Origin: Octopus sinensis
Taxonomy: Eukaryota
DNA length: 64,000 nt
Assembly: GCF_006345805.1 (NCBI RefSeq)
Contig: NC_043006.1
Coordinates: forward strand, 84,878,001 to 84,942,000
Direction of reading: 5' to 3'
Shown here: positions 40,048 through 53,404 of the stretch, piece by piece
Layout of the letters: each line of letters begins with the position of its first letter
Position numbering within the stretch: position 1 is the stretch's first letter
Translations under genes and position numbers: made by a program
Notes under the pieces: model-generated
The model's database searches: none
What the model saw: only the letters and a program-made list of their open reading frames with translations
Told to the model about the DNA's origin: nothing

Positions 40048-42796
40048 TAAACACGTATACATATATATATGTGTATTACATATATATTATAGATATATAT
40101 ATATATATATAGATATATAAGTTACACACCACACCACAACACATATATATTAATATGAATATATATTCTAACAAAAAGCCACCACACTCGCTCAGTTTTT
40201 GTAGGTCTTGCAAGCTGCATTCCAAGCTCAATAGTACAAGTGGCATGGAAAAAGCACAGAGCATGTACACACACACACATACACTGTAAAGTGGTTGGCA
40301 TTAAGAATGGCATCCAGCCACAAAAACCATTCCATAGTAGACATAGGAGCACAGTGCAATCCTTGGACCCATCAAACCCTCTGAAAGTGTTCAACCCATG
40401 CCAGCATGGAACATGGATGTTGAAGGATGACGACATATATATTAGTGTGTGTGAAAGAGAGAGATAAATATGTATTTATTTCTTAGTTAAGAGGAAAGCC
40501 AATACCAATAACCGTATTTAGGGTTCCAAGACTGATGGAAGGGAAGGAGGAAGATATCCTCAAAGAGAAAGGTTGGCTCAAATGCTTGCAACAGCGTGGA
40601 TGCCACTAATGGCACTCAAAACCAAGGAAACAGAGTTAAACCAGTTAAACCAAGCAAACCACCCAAGCAGGTCCAGTTCTGGCAGGATTTGAACTCAGGA
40701 TACAAAGAACTGAAACAAACATTGCAAGGCATTTCTTCTGTTGCTCTGCCAATTCAGGCAGTCAATTGCCCTGAACTGATATTTGATTTATCAACTCCTG
40801 ATGGATGAATTGTCAGATTGGTTTCAATGGGATTTGAACTCAGAATGTAGAGAATATGAATAAAGAAACATTGGAAGGCATTTTTTGCTTGTGATACTCT
40901 AATCATCATCGTCTTCTTCATCATCATTTTAACATTCACTTTTCCACTCTTGCGTGAGTCAGGTGGAATTTATTGAGGCAGATTTTCTATGGCTGGATGC
41001 CCTTCCTGTTGCCAACTCTCATCTTGTATCCAAGCAAGAGATTATTTCCCTTATGGCCAGACATGTTTTCACAGAAAACTGGAAATGAATGACCCTCGTT
41101 CACAACTCACATGATGTGAAGTCAAGGAGACACAAACATACACAAAACTTATACTCACACTTACATATAAACCTATATACATATAAATACAATGGGCTTC
41201 TTTCAGTTTCCATCTACCACATTCATTTACAAGGGTTTGGTTGACCTGGAGCTAAAGTAGAAAATACTCATCCAAGGTGCAATGCAGTAGGATTGAACCC
41301 CAAATCATGTGGCTGGAGAGCAACCTTCTTAACTATGTAGCCACACCTGCATACCTACCTAATGACACTGTTAATTTAAGTCTCCAACCTGAAGCAATAT
41401 TTTCAGTTCTTTGTCAAAAATAAAGCTAGTTATAGAAATTACTTACCATAACAAACTACTCTATATTCTACCCCCCTCTCCCCCTCATTGCTTTAATACA
41501 TGTCTAGGATGGGAAGACAGGCATCTGCATAAACTTCATCTCATGAGTACCCCAACAGGATCCAGTGAATCACAGGGCTGTGTTGAGCTCAAATGTCAGC
41601 CTTGGTTTGGTTTCTATAGCTAGATACCCTTCCTGATGCCAACCACTTTACAGAATGTGATGGGTGTCTTTTTTCATACCACTAGCACTAGTGAGCTTGC
41701 TAAGTAACTTGCAAGAACAGAGAGAAAGGAAAAGGAAAAAGCACCCTTGATTAAAAGGGAGGGAATATTTGAGAGATGGGGTCAGTAGTTTTATTCCCTA
41801 TATCCATAACCTTATAGTCATAAAATAAATACCTTATACAACCCTATGTAACATAAGCATTCTATGTCAGTGACGCATACCTGCAGACTCTTTTCTCCGA
41901 TGATCAGTAATATTTTTCTTATACTGTCTGTACGCCACCCAATGGCTACTAAATAAAACTGAAAAATCAATGTTCAATCTCAAATTTAATTCAAACTATA
42001 ACAAAGATAAATCTAATAATACACAATGGCCTCCTTATTTCTGGTGTTTTGTATTTTAACTATCATAATTGATTTTTATAAATATACAAATGTCACCATG
42101 ACCCACTAAAAACCTGTGGCTCACCTTGTACATTGCTGTACTCTGTATAATAAGCTGGTTATAAGTCTTATGTAAAGGCAAGAATTTACCAAACCAAGCC
42201 AAGCCAAGCCAAACTGAAAGTAATTCTAGAGTACTGAAATTCAACTCAACTCTCCTTTTAGTTATTTTGTCCATATTGTCAGCATATGGCCTCTGATAAA
42301 GATACAGTAGTTAATTAGTTCTATCGGGTATATGTAACTGTAGGAAGTTGTTCAGAAAGAAACTATTCACAACTGAAACATCTTGAACAGTCATCGTGAC
42401 TTAGTTTAGCTGACAAGATGGAATGACGGCAAACTGGAGTAGATTTTCAGCTATAACACTACCAGATGAAGCTAGAATACTGCAAGGTCTACACAACAGC
42501 TATCAGAGATACCGAAGCCTACCAAGGCATGACTGGTTCATATCCCATAATGTGCCACACATCCTGTCTATTTCCCCACAACTGGTTATTTCTGAATAAT
42601 TATGTGCATTTCCCAAAGTGATTTACTGCCTGTCATAATCCCAATGGATATATAGAGGTTGTTGTTGTCATAATTGTTTGGAGCCAATTATTAATACTTT
42701 GAAATGTTTATGATTAAAACAGCCAATACAATAGGAACCATGACCTAAAAATATAGGTTACACACACACATACATTTATATATGTGTATACAGTTA

Positions 42797-42850
<54 letters not shown>

Positions 42851-43172
42851 TTTTTTAATAATATATATTATTATTAATATAAGGAAATCAATATCGAACT
42901 CATCATAAAGATATACCCATGTGAAAGACCTTTTTGTATTAAAAATATATATAAAAATATAAATATAATGTATATAAATTTGAAACCGGTCAATTGAATA
43001 AACATTTTTAAAATGCATTTTAAAAATATATATATATATATATATAAATACATATATATATATATATCTAAATTACATATATATAAATATATATATAAAT
43101 ACCTATAATATATATATATATAAATACATATATTATATATTATATTATATATATAAATACATATATATATAT

Positions 43173-43272
43173 NNNNNNNNNNNNNNNNNNNNNNNNNNNN
43201 NNNNNNNNNNNNNNNNNNNNNNNNNNNNNNNNNNNNNNNNNNNNNNNNNNNNNNNNNNNNNNNNNNNNNNNN
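43173..43272. other. Scaffold gap (100 N)
   Basis: Run of exactly 100 N following a (TA)n array. Confidence 1.
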
Positions 43273-43696
43273 GCGTGTGTGTGGGGGGTGTTTGTGTGTG
43301 TGTGTGTGTGGAGGAGCGTAGTTTAGTGGTTAAGGTATTGGCATATTTATGATCATAAGGTTGTGGTTTCGATTCCTGGACCGGGCGACGCGTTGTGTTC
43401 TTGAGCAGAAACTTCATTTCACATTGCTCCTGCCCACCCAGCTGCCAAAACTGAATAATCCTGCGAACGTCCTGTGTCGCGGCCAAACGTAAGGGTAATA
43501 TTTACGCCACAGAATCAGAGAAACCGGCCTTGAGAGCCTATACCTCGGGAGGGTCCTTTATATATATAGTATATATATATATATATATAATTGTGTGTGT
43601 GTGTGTGTGTGTGTGTGTTGTGTGTGTGTGTGTGTCTATTCATGATCATAAATTGTGGTTTCGATTCCTGGACCGGATACGACGTGTGTGTGTGTG

Positions 43697-43750
<54 letters not shown>

Positions 43751-43784
43751 TGTATATATAAACTTAGATAACTTAGATGTGTTT

Positions 43785-44445
43785 CGACCAATTATTGGTC
43801 CAGGCCATGTCTAACTTAATAGCACCACCTGATAGGATTATTTGAATCCTGTTTAAGTCAAGTTTTGCTTATGGTCCATTCAAGTAGTGAGTTTTTGTTG
43901 GGTGGTTGTATCCAATTATGGGGGCTTATCTGGTATTCTTTGAAGGAATCTATCCAGACTCCGTTTAAATTGATGGGATCCTGTTCCTCTTTGATCTCTT
44001 TCGGGACAATGTTAAATGGGCAGGGCCTGTTGAGGAAAATAAATTATGTTGTAGTGTATAAGTATGCTGTGATCTTGAATTAGACAGGGACGTATGGCCC
44101 GTGGTCCCAGTCTTGGATGAACCTTGAAGCTTATGTTCAGGTCGTTTGGGCAAAGTTGGCGGTATATTCTCCACATCGTACAAATGATGTACCGCTCACG
44201 GCGACGCTGGAGAGAGTAGAGTTTCAAGGCTTTAAGGCGATCCCAATAATCGAGAGCAGCCATGCCTTCAGTTCGTTTAGTGAGTGCTCTCTGGGGTGAT
44301 TCAATCCTCGAGATGTTTTGTCTTGTATGGGGATACCACAGTGGGCAGCAGTATTAGAGGTGTGGCCGTACAAAGGAGGAGAAGAGTGGTATGATGACAC
44401 CTTATTCTCTGGACCGGAAAGTTCTTAAGATCCAGGAACTCATCC
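43785..44445 (-). mobile_element. CR1/Jockey-group LINE 3' end, same family as 4485-5110
   Basis: LDYWDRLKALKLYSLQRRRERYIICTMWRIY...HPRLGPRAIRP; shared 3' end ggccaggccatgtct(g/a)acttaa(c/t)agcaccacctg. Confidence 0.88.
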
Positions 44446-44550
44446 TACGAGCTATATCGACCTTATATATATATATATGTATGTATACACATACACACTC
44501 TCACATATAGTATGAATATATATAAATATATAATATACACACATATATGT

Positions 44551-44587
<37 letters not shown>

Positions 44588-45049
44588 ATATATATATATA
44601 TATATATATATACTGTGTATATGATTTCGTGTTCGTGTGCACACACGAATACATGCACACACCGCACGCCACACACACACACACACACACACATATAAAT
44701 ATAGACGCATACGCACGCACACACACCACACACACACACATGCAAAATAAACAGAAGATACAGAACTTAGCAGAAAAGAAAAGAAAAAAGAACAAAAACA
44801 CAAGTGGTTTCTGCTCACCAGCTGCATTTCATTATTAGCTTTCGTACCATTTTTACGGCACTAATCAGAGAGGAGAGAAATGAGAATTACTGTGATGAAT
44901 ATAAGTGGTTGTTAACTAAATATTGCTTGAGAAATTTCTATATTTATCTATCCATTTTATTTATCTGTCTATCTATTTATATTTGATTTATTTTAAGATC
45001 AGATGGAAGAAGTAGAAAAAATAATAAAGAAATTAGTTACTTAGAATTA

Positions 45050-45056
45050 AAGTAAA

Positions 45057-45089
<33 letters not shown>

Positions 45090-45156
45090 CACTACTACTA
45101 CTACTACTACTTCTACTACTACTACTACTTCTACTACTACAACTACTACTACTAAC

Positions 45157-45192
<36 letters not shown>

Positions 45193-45253
45193 TATTATTA
45201 TTATTATCATTATTATTATTATTATTATTATTTTATTATTATTATAATGGTGG

Positions 45254-45287
<34 letters not shown>

Positions 45288-45372
45288 GGTGGTGGTGGTT
45301 ATGATGATGATGATGATGAAGATGGTGGTGGTTTTGGTGGTGTTGGTGATGGTGATGATGATGATGATGATG

Positions 45373-45427
<55 letters not shown>

Positions 45428-45597
45428 TTTGAAATTTTGGCTTGATACCACCAATTTCGTGAGAAGGGATTAGTCGGGTACATCAACTCCAATGTTCAAA
45501 TGATGCTTATTTTCTTGACGCCAAAAGGATGAAAGGCAAAATCGTCTTTGGTGGAATTTGATCTCGGGACGAAAATGTTAATAATAATAATAATTAC

Positions 45598-45665
<68 letters not shown>

Positions 45666-45869
45666 TATGATGATTTCATTTATTTGCCACAAGGGCGAAG
45701 GATGAGGAGGACAATACAAAGACAGACATAAAGTGTTGGGGTTTACATGTGATGGAATGATTAAAAAAAAAGTGGGGAAAACGGAAGTATACACGGTATA
45801 CAGTGAAAAAGAAGGGACATATGCATAACATACAAAGGGTAAAAAAAAGACATAATAATAATAATAATA

Positions 45870-45907
<38 letters not shown>

Positions 45908-45922
45908 GACAACAACAACAAC

Positions 45923-45960
<38 letters not shown>

Positions 45961-45997
45961 TAATAATAACAACAACAACAACAACAACAACAACGAC

Positions 45998-46060
<63 letters not shown>
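45050..46060. repeat. Compound (TAC)/(TAA)/(GAT)/(CAA) microsatellite block
   Basis: Direct inspection. Confidence 0.95.
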
Positions 46061-47086
46061 GTGTTATCATGTACATTGTTTTGTCTTGGTATAAAAGATG
46101 GGCTAAAGCAAATATTCTGCTCAATACCACAGATTTGCTTGTCAGTTGTTTGACCTTAACCAGTTGACCATGTCCCTTAGTGGCTGACGATATGTACTTC
46201 TCTGATCGTGAGCAGATGTAGTGGGGGAGCATCATAGCCATGTGTTGAGAGGAATTCTTTGGGGTTTGAATAATTGACCTCTGGAAACATGGGTGTTTCG
46301 TTCAACATCCTTAAACAACCCTTATTCAGGGACTTATTGACCAAAGGAAAATTCTAACTGGGCCCCACCTGCAAGGTCATGTGTTGGTTATTTTGAAATG
46401 AGATCACCATGTCGCGCACATATGGTTGTGATGCATGTGCCTGGTGTACCCTTATCAGAAGGGTAGTCATGTTGGGAATACTGGGTTTCGTATATTTTAC
46501 CCCAGTGTCACTTTGATGGCATGCACTGCTCTCTCACTCAATAATAATAATAACAAGAAGAAGAAGAAGAAGAAGAAGAAGACGAAGAAGAAGAAGAAGA
46601 AGAAGAAGAGAAGAAGAAGAAGAGAGAAGAAGAAGAAGAAGAAAGAAGAAGAGAAAGAAGAAAGAAGAAGAAGAAGAAGAAGAAGAAGAAGAATCCTTTC
46701 TGCTATAGGCACAAGGCCTGAAATTTGTTGGGAGGGGACTAATCAATTACATCGACCCCCAGTGTTTCAGCAGTACTTAATTTATCGACCCGACAGGATG
46801 TAAGGTAAAGTCGACCTCGGCGGAATTTCAACACAGAAAGTAGGGGCAAATGAAATACCGCTAAGCATTTCGCTTGGCGTGCTAACGATTCTGCCAGTTC
46901 ACCGCCTTTTAATGGTCTCAAATTTTTCCACAAAGGCAGCCATTTTGGGGGAGGGGATAAGTCGATTACCTCGACCCCAGTGCTTCACTGATGCTTAATT
47001 TATTGACCTCGAAAGAACGAAAGGCAAAGTCGACCTCGGCGGAATTTGAACTCAGAATGTAACGGCCTGAACAGAGCACGGAAATG

Positions 47087-47575
47087 GTACGAACATGAGT
47101 CAGAAGGAGTCACCGAGAACAAGAAACATATGATACTGTGGGATTTAACAATCCAGTGTGACTATGGATATTGCAATACCTGGAGGTGCACGCATAAGTG
47201 ACAAAGAACTAGAAAATATTGAAAAGTACAGACTACCAAAAGACGAAATTGCTAGAATGTGGACTATGAGGAGAGTGTCTGCCATTCCAGTAGTTGTAGG
47301 GGCACTTGGAGCAGTAACAACTAAGTTCGAGAAATATGTCAAAGAAATCGGAATTGACATGAGAACAGAGCAAGCCCCCAAAACTGCTCTGCTGGAGACA
47401 ACTGGGATTTTGAGATTGGTACTTGGAAATTGAATGTCTCCTACGATAATTAACAACCAAGTATCAAAGATTATAGTGTACGGAAAGAGGTCTTGTGAGA
47501 CCTCTGACGGCAGGCTACTCTCCGCTCTCACAGAATCCACCAGAACAAACAAGACCGAACGCTCTGAGAAGTAAA
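47087..47575 (+). mobile_element. RLE-type non-LTR 3' fragment (R4/Dong-like)
   Basis: YEHESEGVTENKKHMILWDLTIQCD...MDIAIPG...EKY..EIARMW...IPVVVGALGAV...TALLETTGILRLVL; ends at a (CAA)/(TAA) run. Confidence 0.8.
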
Positions 47576-47878
47576 ACAACAACAACAACAACAACAATAA
47601 TAATATAAAAACACAAACGCTAAAGTGAAATGCATTCGCGTGTGCAAATGTTCAAATTCAATTTTCATATCGAAATGAATAAGTTAATTAATAGATAATT
47701 AGAACGAGCTGTAATTAAGATATACATGATCTGGTCGACGGAATATTAAACTAGGCTTGCATTTACTGTAATAAATCAAATGAGCAGACGAGACATCATT
47801 TATGTTAGACCGCAAGTTAGTGGTGACGGTTAGCCTCTCGCTTTCACTACGTAAATATTTCTGACACGTGTGTTTGTG

Positions 47879-47911
<33 letters not shown>

Positions 47912-47917
47912 TGTTGT

Positions 47918-47960
<43 letters not shown>

Positions 47961-48113
47961 TTTATTAATATTTAGCAGAAACAACAGAGTGACTCAAGGG
48001 CCGAGAGTGGGCCGAGAGTTTTTGGGCGTTGGCACTTATGAAGTTGATAAACGCCAGCGCCTGAAACTCTCGGCCTTTGAGTCACACTGTTACTTCAGCT
48101 AAATATTTATAAA
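47961..48113. repeat. Foldback or MITE-like hairpin, about 70-bp imperfect arms
   Basis: ttattaatatttagcagaaacaacagagtgactcaagggccgagagt pairs with actctcggcctttgagtcacactgttacttcagctaaatatttataa. Confidence 0.8.
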
Positions 48114-50723
48114 AATATACATATACTCATATTTTGAGTTCTATTTTTCCTGTTTGCATCACCAAACGTGCGTGTGTGTAGACATGGGTGTGTATTCTTG
48201 CAAAGTTATATTTAACACGTTCATGTACGCAGGGACGTGGGAGGACTTTCCGCTGCGGAAATAGTCTCGGTAGAAAATTCTTCTCTTACGTCATTGGATC
48301 AGAGAACCCTTCGCTGTTTACTATTTCATATTTGCTATATTTAATATAAGAACGAATTCGTGATTTTTGGTTTGTGAAGAGCAGACTTAATGTTAGTAGC
48401 TGAAAGAACGCAGAAGCGCATGCGTCCTACGATCCAATGACATCATTCACAGCCGGGTTTTCACACATGTTGTCTAGGAGGAGAATTTTTTATGGAGACT
48501 ATTTCCGTAGCGGAAGGCCTTCCCACACACATACACACCACACATGCACACATACATATATTCTTCAATATATACGTAAACACATGCATGCACAAATAGA
48601 GGAATCTCCTGCTTTACGGAATCAATGCGTTCTTGAAAAACTAGTAACGTGGAATCCCGCGACGCGAAATTAACTTTCCCATTCATTCTCGTGTTATAAC
48701 ATGACTTCAGTTCGGTTTTTTGTGCTCTTTTTTGCTTTTTTTTTTCTCCCCACGAAGCAGCGACAAAAACATGGAACACGACCACTTTTTATGTGTGAAG
48801 ATAACAATTTCTAAACAAATACAGTATAAAATGTGTAGGCTGTCTGGTAAGAAGCTTATTTTCTAGCCACATGATTCAGGGTTCAGTCCCACTGCATAGT
48901 ACCTTGGCCAAGTGTCTTCCGTTATAGCCACGGGCCGACCAAAGCCTTGTGAGTGGATTTGGTAGACAGAAACTGAAAGAAACTTGTCATGTGTGTGTGT
49001 GTGTGGTGTGTGTGTGTGTACGTGTTTGTGTGTGTGTGTACGTGTGTGTGTGTGTGCACCCCCGCCATCGCTTGACAGCCGACGCTAGTGTGATTATGTT
49101 CCAGTAACTTAACGGTTCGGCCTAAGGGATCGATAGAACTAGTACTAGGCTTACAGAGAATAAGTCCTGGGGTCGATTTCTTCGACTAAAAACACCTTTA
49201 AGGTGGTGCTCCAGCATGACCGCAGTCAAATGAATGAAAGAAGTAAGAGAATAAAAGAATAAAAACATTTGAAGAGCAATACGTTAAAAAAAATAAAAAA
49301 GAGTTGTCATATTGCGATAGAATAAATTCCTGCGATTCATCCTCAATCTACCTGAAAGGCGAAGAACTTATTCAAAATAGTTTGATTTTAAAGTACTGTA
49401 GCGAGACCAATTTTTATTATGGTATATCGAAGACATTGGGTTTATATAGGCGCATCAAGTTAATCTGTAGTGATTGGTCAACATACCTGTTTCTTTACTA
49501 CCCACAAGGGGCTAAACACAGAGGAGAAAAACAAGGACAGACAAACAGATTAAGTCGATTATATTGACCCCAGTGCGTAACTGGTACTTAATTTATCGAC
49601 CCCGAGAGGATGAAAGGCAAAGTCGACCTCTGCGGAATTTGAACTCAGAACGTAGCGGCAGACGAAATACGGCTACGCATTTCGCCCGGCGTGCTAACGT
49701 TTCTGCCAGCTCGCCGCCTTAATTGGTCAACATATCTATCATGTGAATGTTTGGACATTTGTTGAGTCCAGTGTTCTGATTGGTTGACTATTGCACGGGA
49801 TTTGGATCGAATGTCCAATCACGTTGCGCGTAGTACATTCTCAAACACACACACACACACACACACATATATGCTACACTAATTATTCTCCCGTGGAGGC
49901 GCGTGGCTTAGTGGTTAGGGTGTCAGCATCATGATCGTAAGATTGTGGTTTTGATTCCTGGACCGGGCGACGCGTTGTGTTCTTGAGCAAACACTTCATT
50001 TCACGTTGCTCCAGTCCACTCAACTGGCAAAAATGAGTAACGCCGCGATGGACTGGCGTCCCGCCCAGCTGGAGAACATACACCATTGAAACTGGCGCAT
50101 TTATTTTTTTTTTAATTATTCTCCCAATTACACGCTATCTATCTTGCTAACAATTTATCTATGTATATATGTATTCATTTCTATGAGTATGTGCGCGCGT
50201 ATTTCTATATAGATGTGTACGCATGGGCACCTCTAATTCTTTTACGAAACATCGTACTAACTTTTACTACAGTCGATAGCTTCTCTTCACGACATGGAGA
50301 GAGAGAGAGAGAGAGTCAGACAGAGTGTGTGTTTGAGGAAGAGAGAGTCAAAGAGTGAGAGGGAAAGAGAGAGAGAGAGCGACACACAGACAGACAGCTA
50401 AACAAATTTACGCTGTCAAATGACCTAACAGCTGTGAACTTTGTTTAACATAAATTCAGAACAGCCCAATTTTTCATAAAGATATATATATGTATATATA
50501 TATATATAAATACATACACATTTATATATACATAGATGTATGGGTATGTATATATGCATGTATGTATGTGCGCATGTGTGTATGTGTATTTTCCTATAGT
50601 TTGTTTGAAGCATTGTATATGGAATATAACGTTTCTGTAAACAAAGTGTTCATGATTTAAGACACCATTCTAAAAATATCGATGAATTTGTGTGCGTGCG
50701 TGCGTGAGTGTCTATGTGGTGTG

Positions 50724-50776
<53 letters not shown>

Positions 50777-50885
50777 GTTGTGTTTTTACGCATGCATACT
50801 TATGAGAAAGGGATAGAGAGGGTGCACACATATATACTTACATATATATGTGTGTGTGTGTATGTCTGTATATATATATATAGAC

Positions 50886-50919
<34 letters not shown>

Positions 50920-51358
50920 GTATATATATGTATATATATATATATATAATTATAAATGAGGGTGAAAAATCGATATTAATTTAATAATACCATTAATTTA
51001 ACACCAAGTGGCTTAGCACAAAAAACTACGGAGAAAATACAAATTTATACATAAATTATTAGAGAGTTATCCACTATGTGGATAACTCTAGTGCTAAAAA
51101 TAGCTCCGAAGCAACCCCAGAAGATCTGTTTCCAACTAGAATCAACATACATTTAACGGAAGGAAAGTGAAATACAACGAATAAAATAGATTGACTCTAT
51201 ACAATTGTTTCATTACTAATGTAATATGTAGTTTTACTTACACTTACATCTATAAATCTTCGGTAGAGTTTGTCAGAAATGCAATTAATTAGATCGATTC
51301 GAGCGTCAAAAACACGAGCGGTCCAACCAATTACATTTATTTGTTTTTTCTCTGTGTA

Positions 51359-51396
51359 TCTTTCTGTTGAAGAGCGTAGGCTCGAAACGTTAAAGA
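51359..51396 (+). ncRNA. Variant-core minimal hammerhead-like motif (Penelope-type repeat)
   Basis: TCTTT-CTGTTGA-A-GAG[cgtagg]CTC-GAAAC-GT-T-AAAGA; 5-bp stem I. Homologues at 52813-52850(-), 23554-23591(+) and 36628-36665(-). Confidence 0.4.
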
Positions 51397-51860
51397 CTTG
51401 TTTTATTTATATTTCCTGAGCGCCATACTAATACAATTGTTTGTTTGTATTCCACCTGCCTTCGTCTTTTGTTTCTTTCCGTAAACCTGCCTTCGTCTTT
51501 TGTCTATTTTCATAAAGCTTCCCGTTATATAAATATATATATGTATACTTGTATACATATATATATACATAAATATATATGTATACTTGTATATGTACGA
51601 ACTTATATATATATGTACTGGCAGTGCTCCAGCATGGCCACAGCTTTAGCTAAAACGTATAAGTGAATAAAAGAAGAAAAGAATATATATATATATATAT
51701 ATGCATATACGCATGCGCGTTTGTGTTTATATGTGTGTGTGTGTGCATATAATTATATATGTGTATGTATCTATGTGCGTGTATGCATGTGTAAATATGT
51801 GCCCCAGCATGGCCACAGCTCGTGAGCTGAAACTAGATAAAATATAAAAAATATATATAA

Positions 51861-51908
<48 letters not shown>

Positions 51909-51931
51909 AGATTAGATCGTATACGAGTGGG

Positions 51932-52429
51932 TATATATTTGTAAAAAAGAAGTTTGAAAATGCCACTATATTAGATAAATTTTAATTTTACATGTTTCGG
52001 TTCTTGAAATAACGAACCTTATCAAAAAGAATTTTTTTATAATAAAGAGTATAATGGAACAGTTCATAATTGTTTCATACATTCAATAGAGTCCACGCTA
52101 ACAGTCGACAACCAAGAATCACTACTGTTGCTCCCATCGGAACACAAGGTAAAATCTATAATGAAGTCCTGCACTACACTTGACAAAACAGTAAGGAACG
52201 ACTTACACCTTATAATATATTTTTCGCCTTTTCAAGAACATGGATTCTATTGAATGTATATAGCGTGGACTCTATTGAATGTATGAAACAATTATGAACT
52301 GTTCCATTATACTCTTTATTATAAAAAAATTCTTTTTGATAAGGTTCGTTATTTCAAGAACCGAAACATGTAAAATTAAAATTTATCTAATATAGTGGCA
52401 TTTTCAAACTTCATTTTTACAAATATATA
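51932..52429. repeat. Near-perfect 169-bp inverted repeat with 160-bp spacer
   Basis: 51932-52100 is the reverse complement of 52261-52429 (one mismatch noticed at the outer end). Confidence 0.95.
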
Positions 52430-52446
52430 TATATATATATATATAT

Positions 52447-52577
52447 ATTTATTATATAGAAGGAGCTTCTACAGGACTAGAACTGTTTCATTCAAGAGAA
52501 ATCTTCAGGAAGCTCCTGAAGATTTCTCTTGAATGAAACAGTTCTAGTCCTGTAGAAGCTCCTTCTATATAATAAAT
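52447..52577. repeat. Perfect palindrome, 64-bp arms and 3-nt loop (agc)
   Basis: ...gaaggagcttctacaggactagaactgtttcattcaagagaaatcttcagga-agc-tcctgaagatttctcttgaatgaaacagttctagtcctgtagaagctccttc... Confidence 0.95.
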
Positions 52578-52643
52578 TAATTTTACTCTACTATGTATTG
52601 AGTACCTTATTTACTGTGGTTAACCCCGAATCAACCCGGGACC

Positions 52644-52716
<73 letters not shown>

Positions 52717-53309
52717 CGGGAAGGTTTACGAAAATAAACAAAAGACGAAGGCAGGTGGAGTACAAACAAACAAATGTATTAGTATGGCGTTCAGGAATAG
52801 AAATAGAACAAGTCTTTTACGTTTCGAGCCTACGCTCTTCGACAGAAAGATACACAGAAAAATGAACAAGGGGAGAAAGAAGGAGAGAAGAAAATGCGTG
52901 TAGGAGCTAACGATCTATCATGATATATATATATATATATATACATATATGAATATATATATATACATCTATATACATATATACATATATATATATACAT
53001 ATATACATATACAAACATACCACTATTACATAACTCCTCGAAGCAAAATTGAATTCAACTGAAATTCGAAAGAGAAAAAATTTTCATTTTGGACTTCAAC
53101 GTAAACGGCAGCTCATATCTTGTTCAAAATACAACGTCCGACATTATGAAATAAATTTTATATGCATCTATAAAATATTAATCATGTTTATTGTGCTGCG
53201 CAGCAAACAACTCTATGAGCTAAAAGATTTTCCATGTCATTTAGCAATCCTTAATAAATAACAAACTTCAAAGTCACAATCACATGAATTGATAATGATA
53301 GAAGTGGGC

Positions 53310-53362
<53 letters not shown>

Positions 53363-53370
53363 TATTATTA

Positions 53371-53404
<34 letters not shown>

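Noticed and set aside
39581-42591. Chain of splice-site-bounded minus-strand segments (42523-42591, 42125-42166, 41881-41958, 39581-39722) that can be joined in frame
   Set aside because: Several incompatible frames work equally well, some splice sites are weak, there is no recognisable homology, and TFLGVYLDPILS looks like a decayed LINE RT motif. RNA-seq junctions would be needed.
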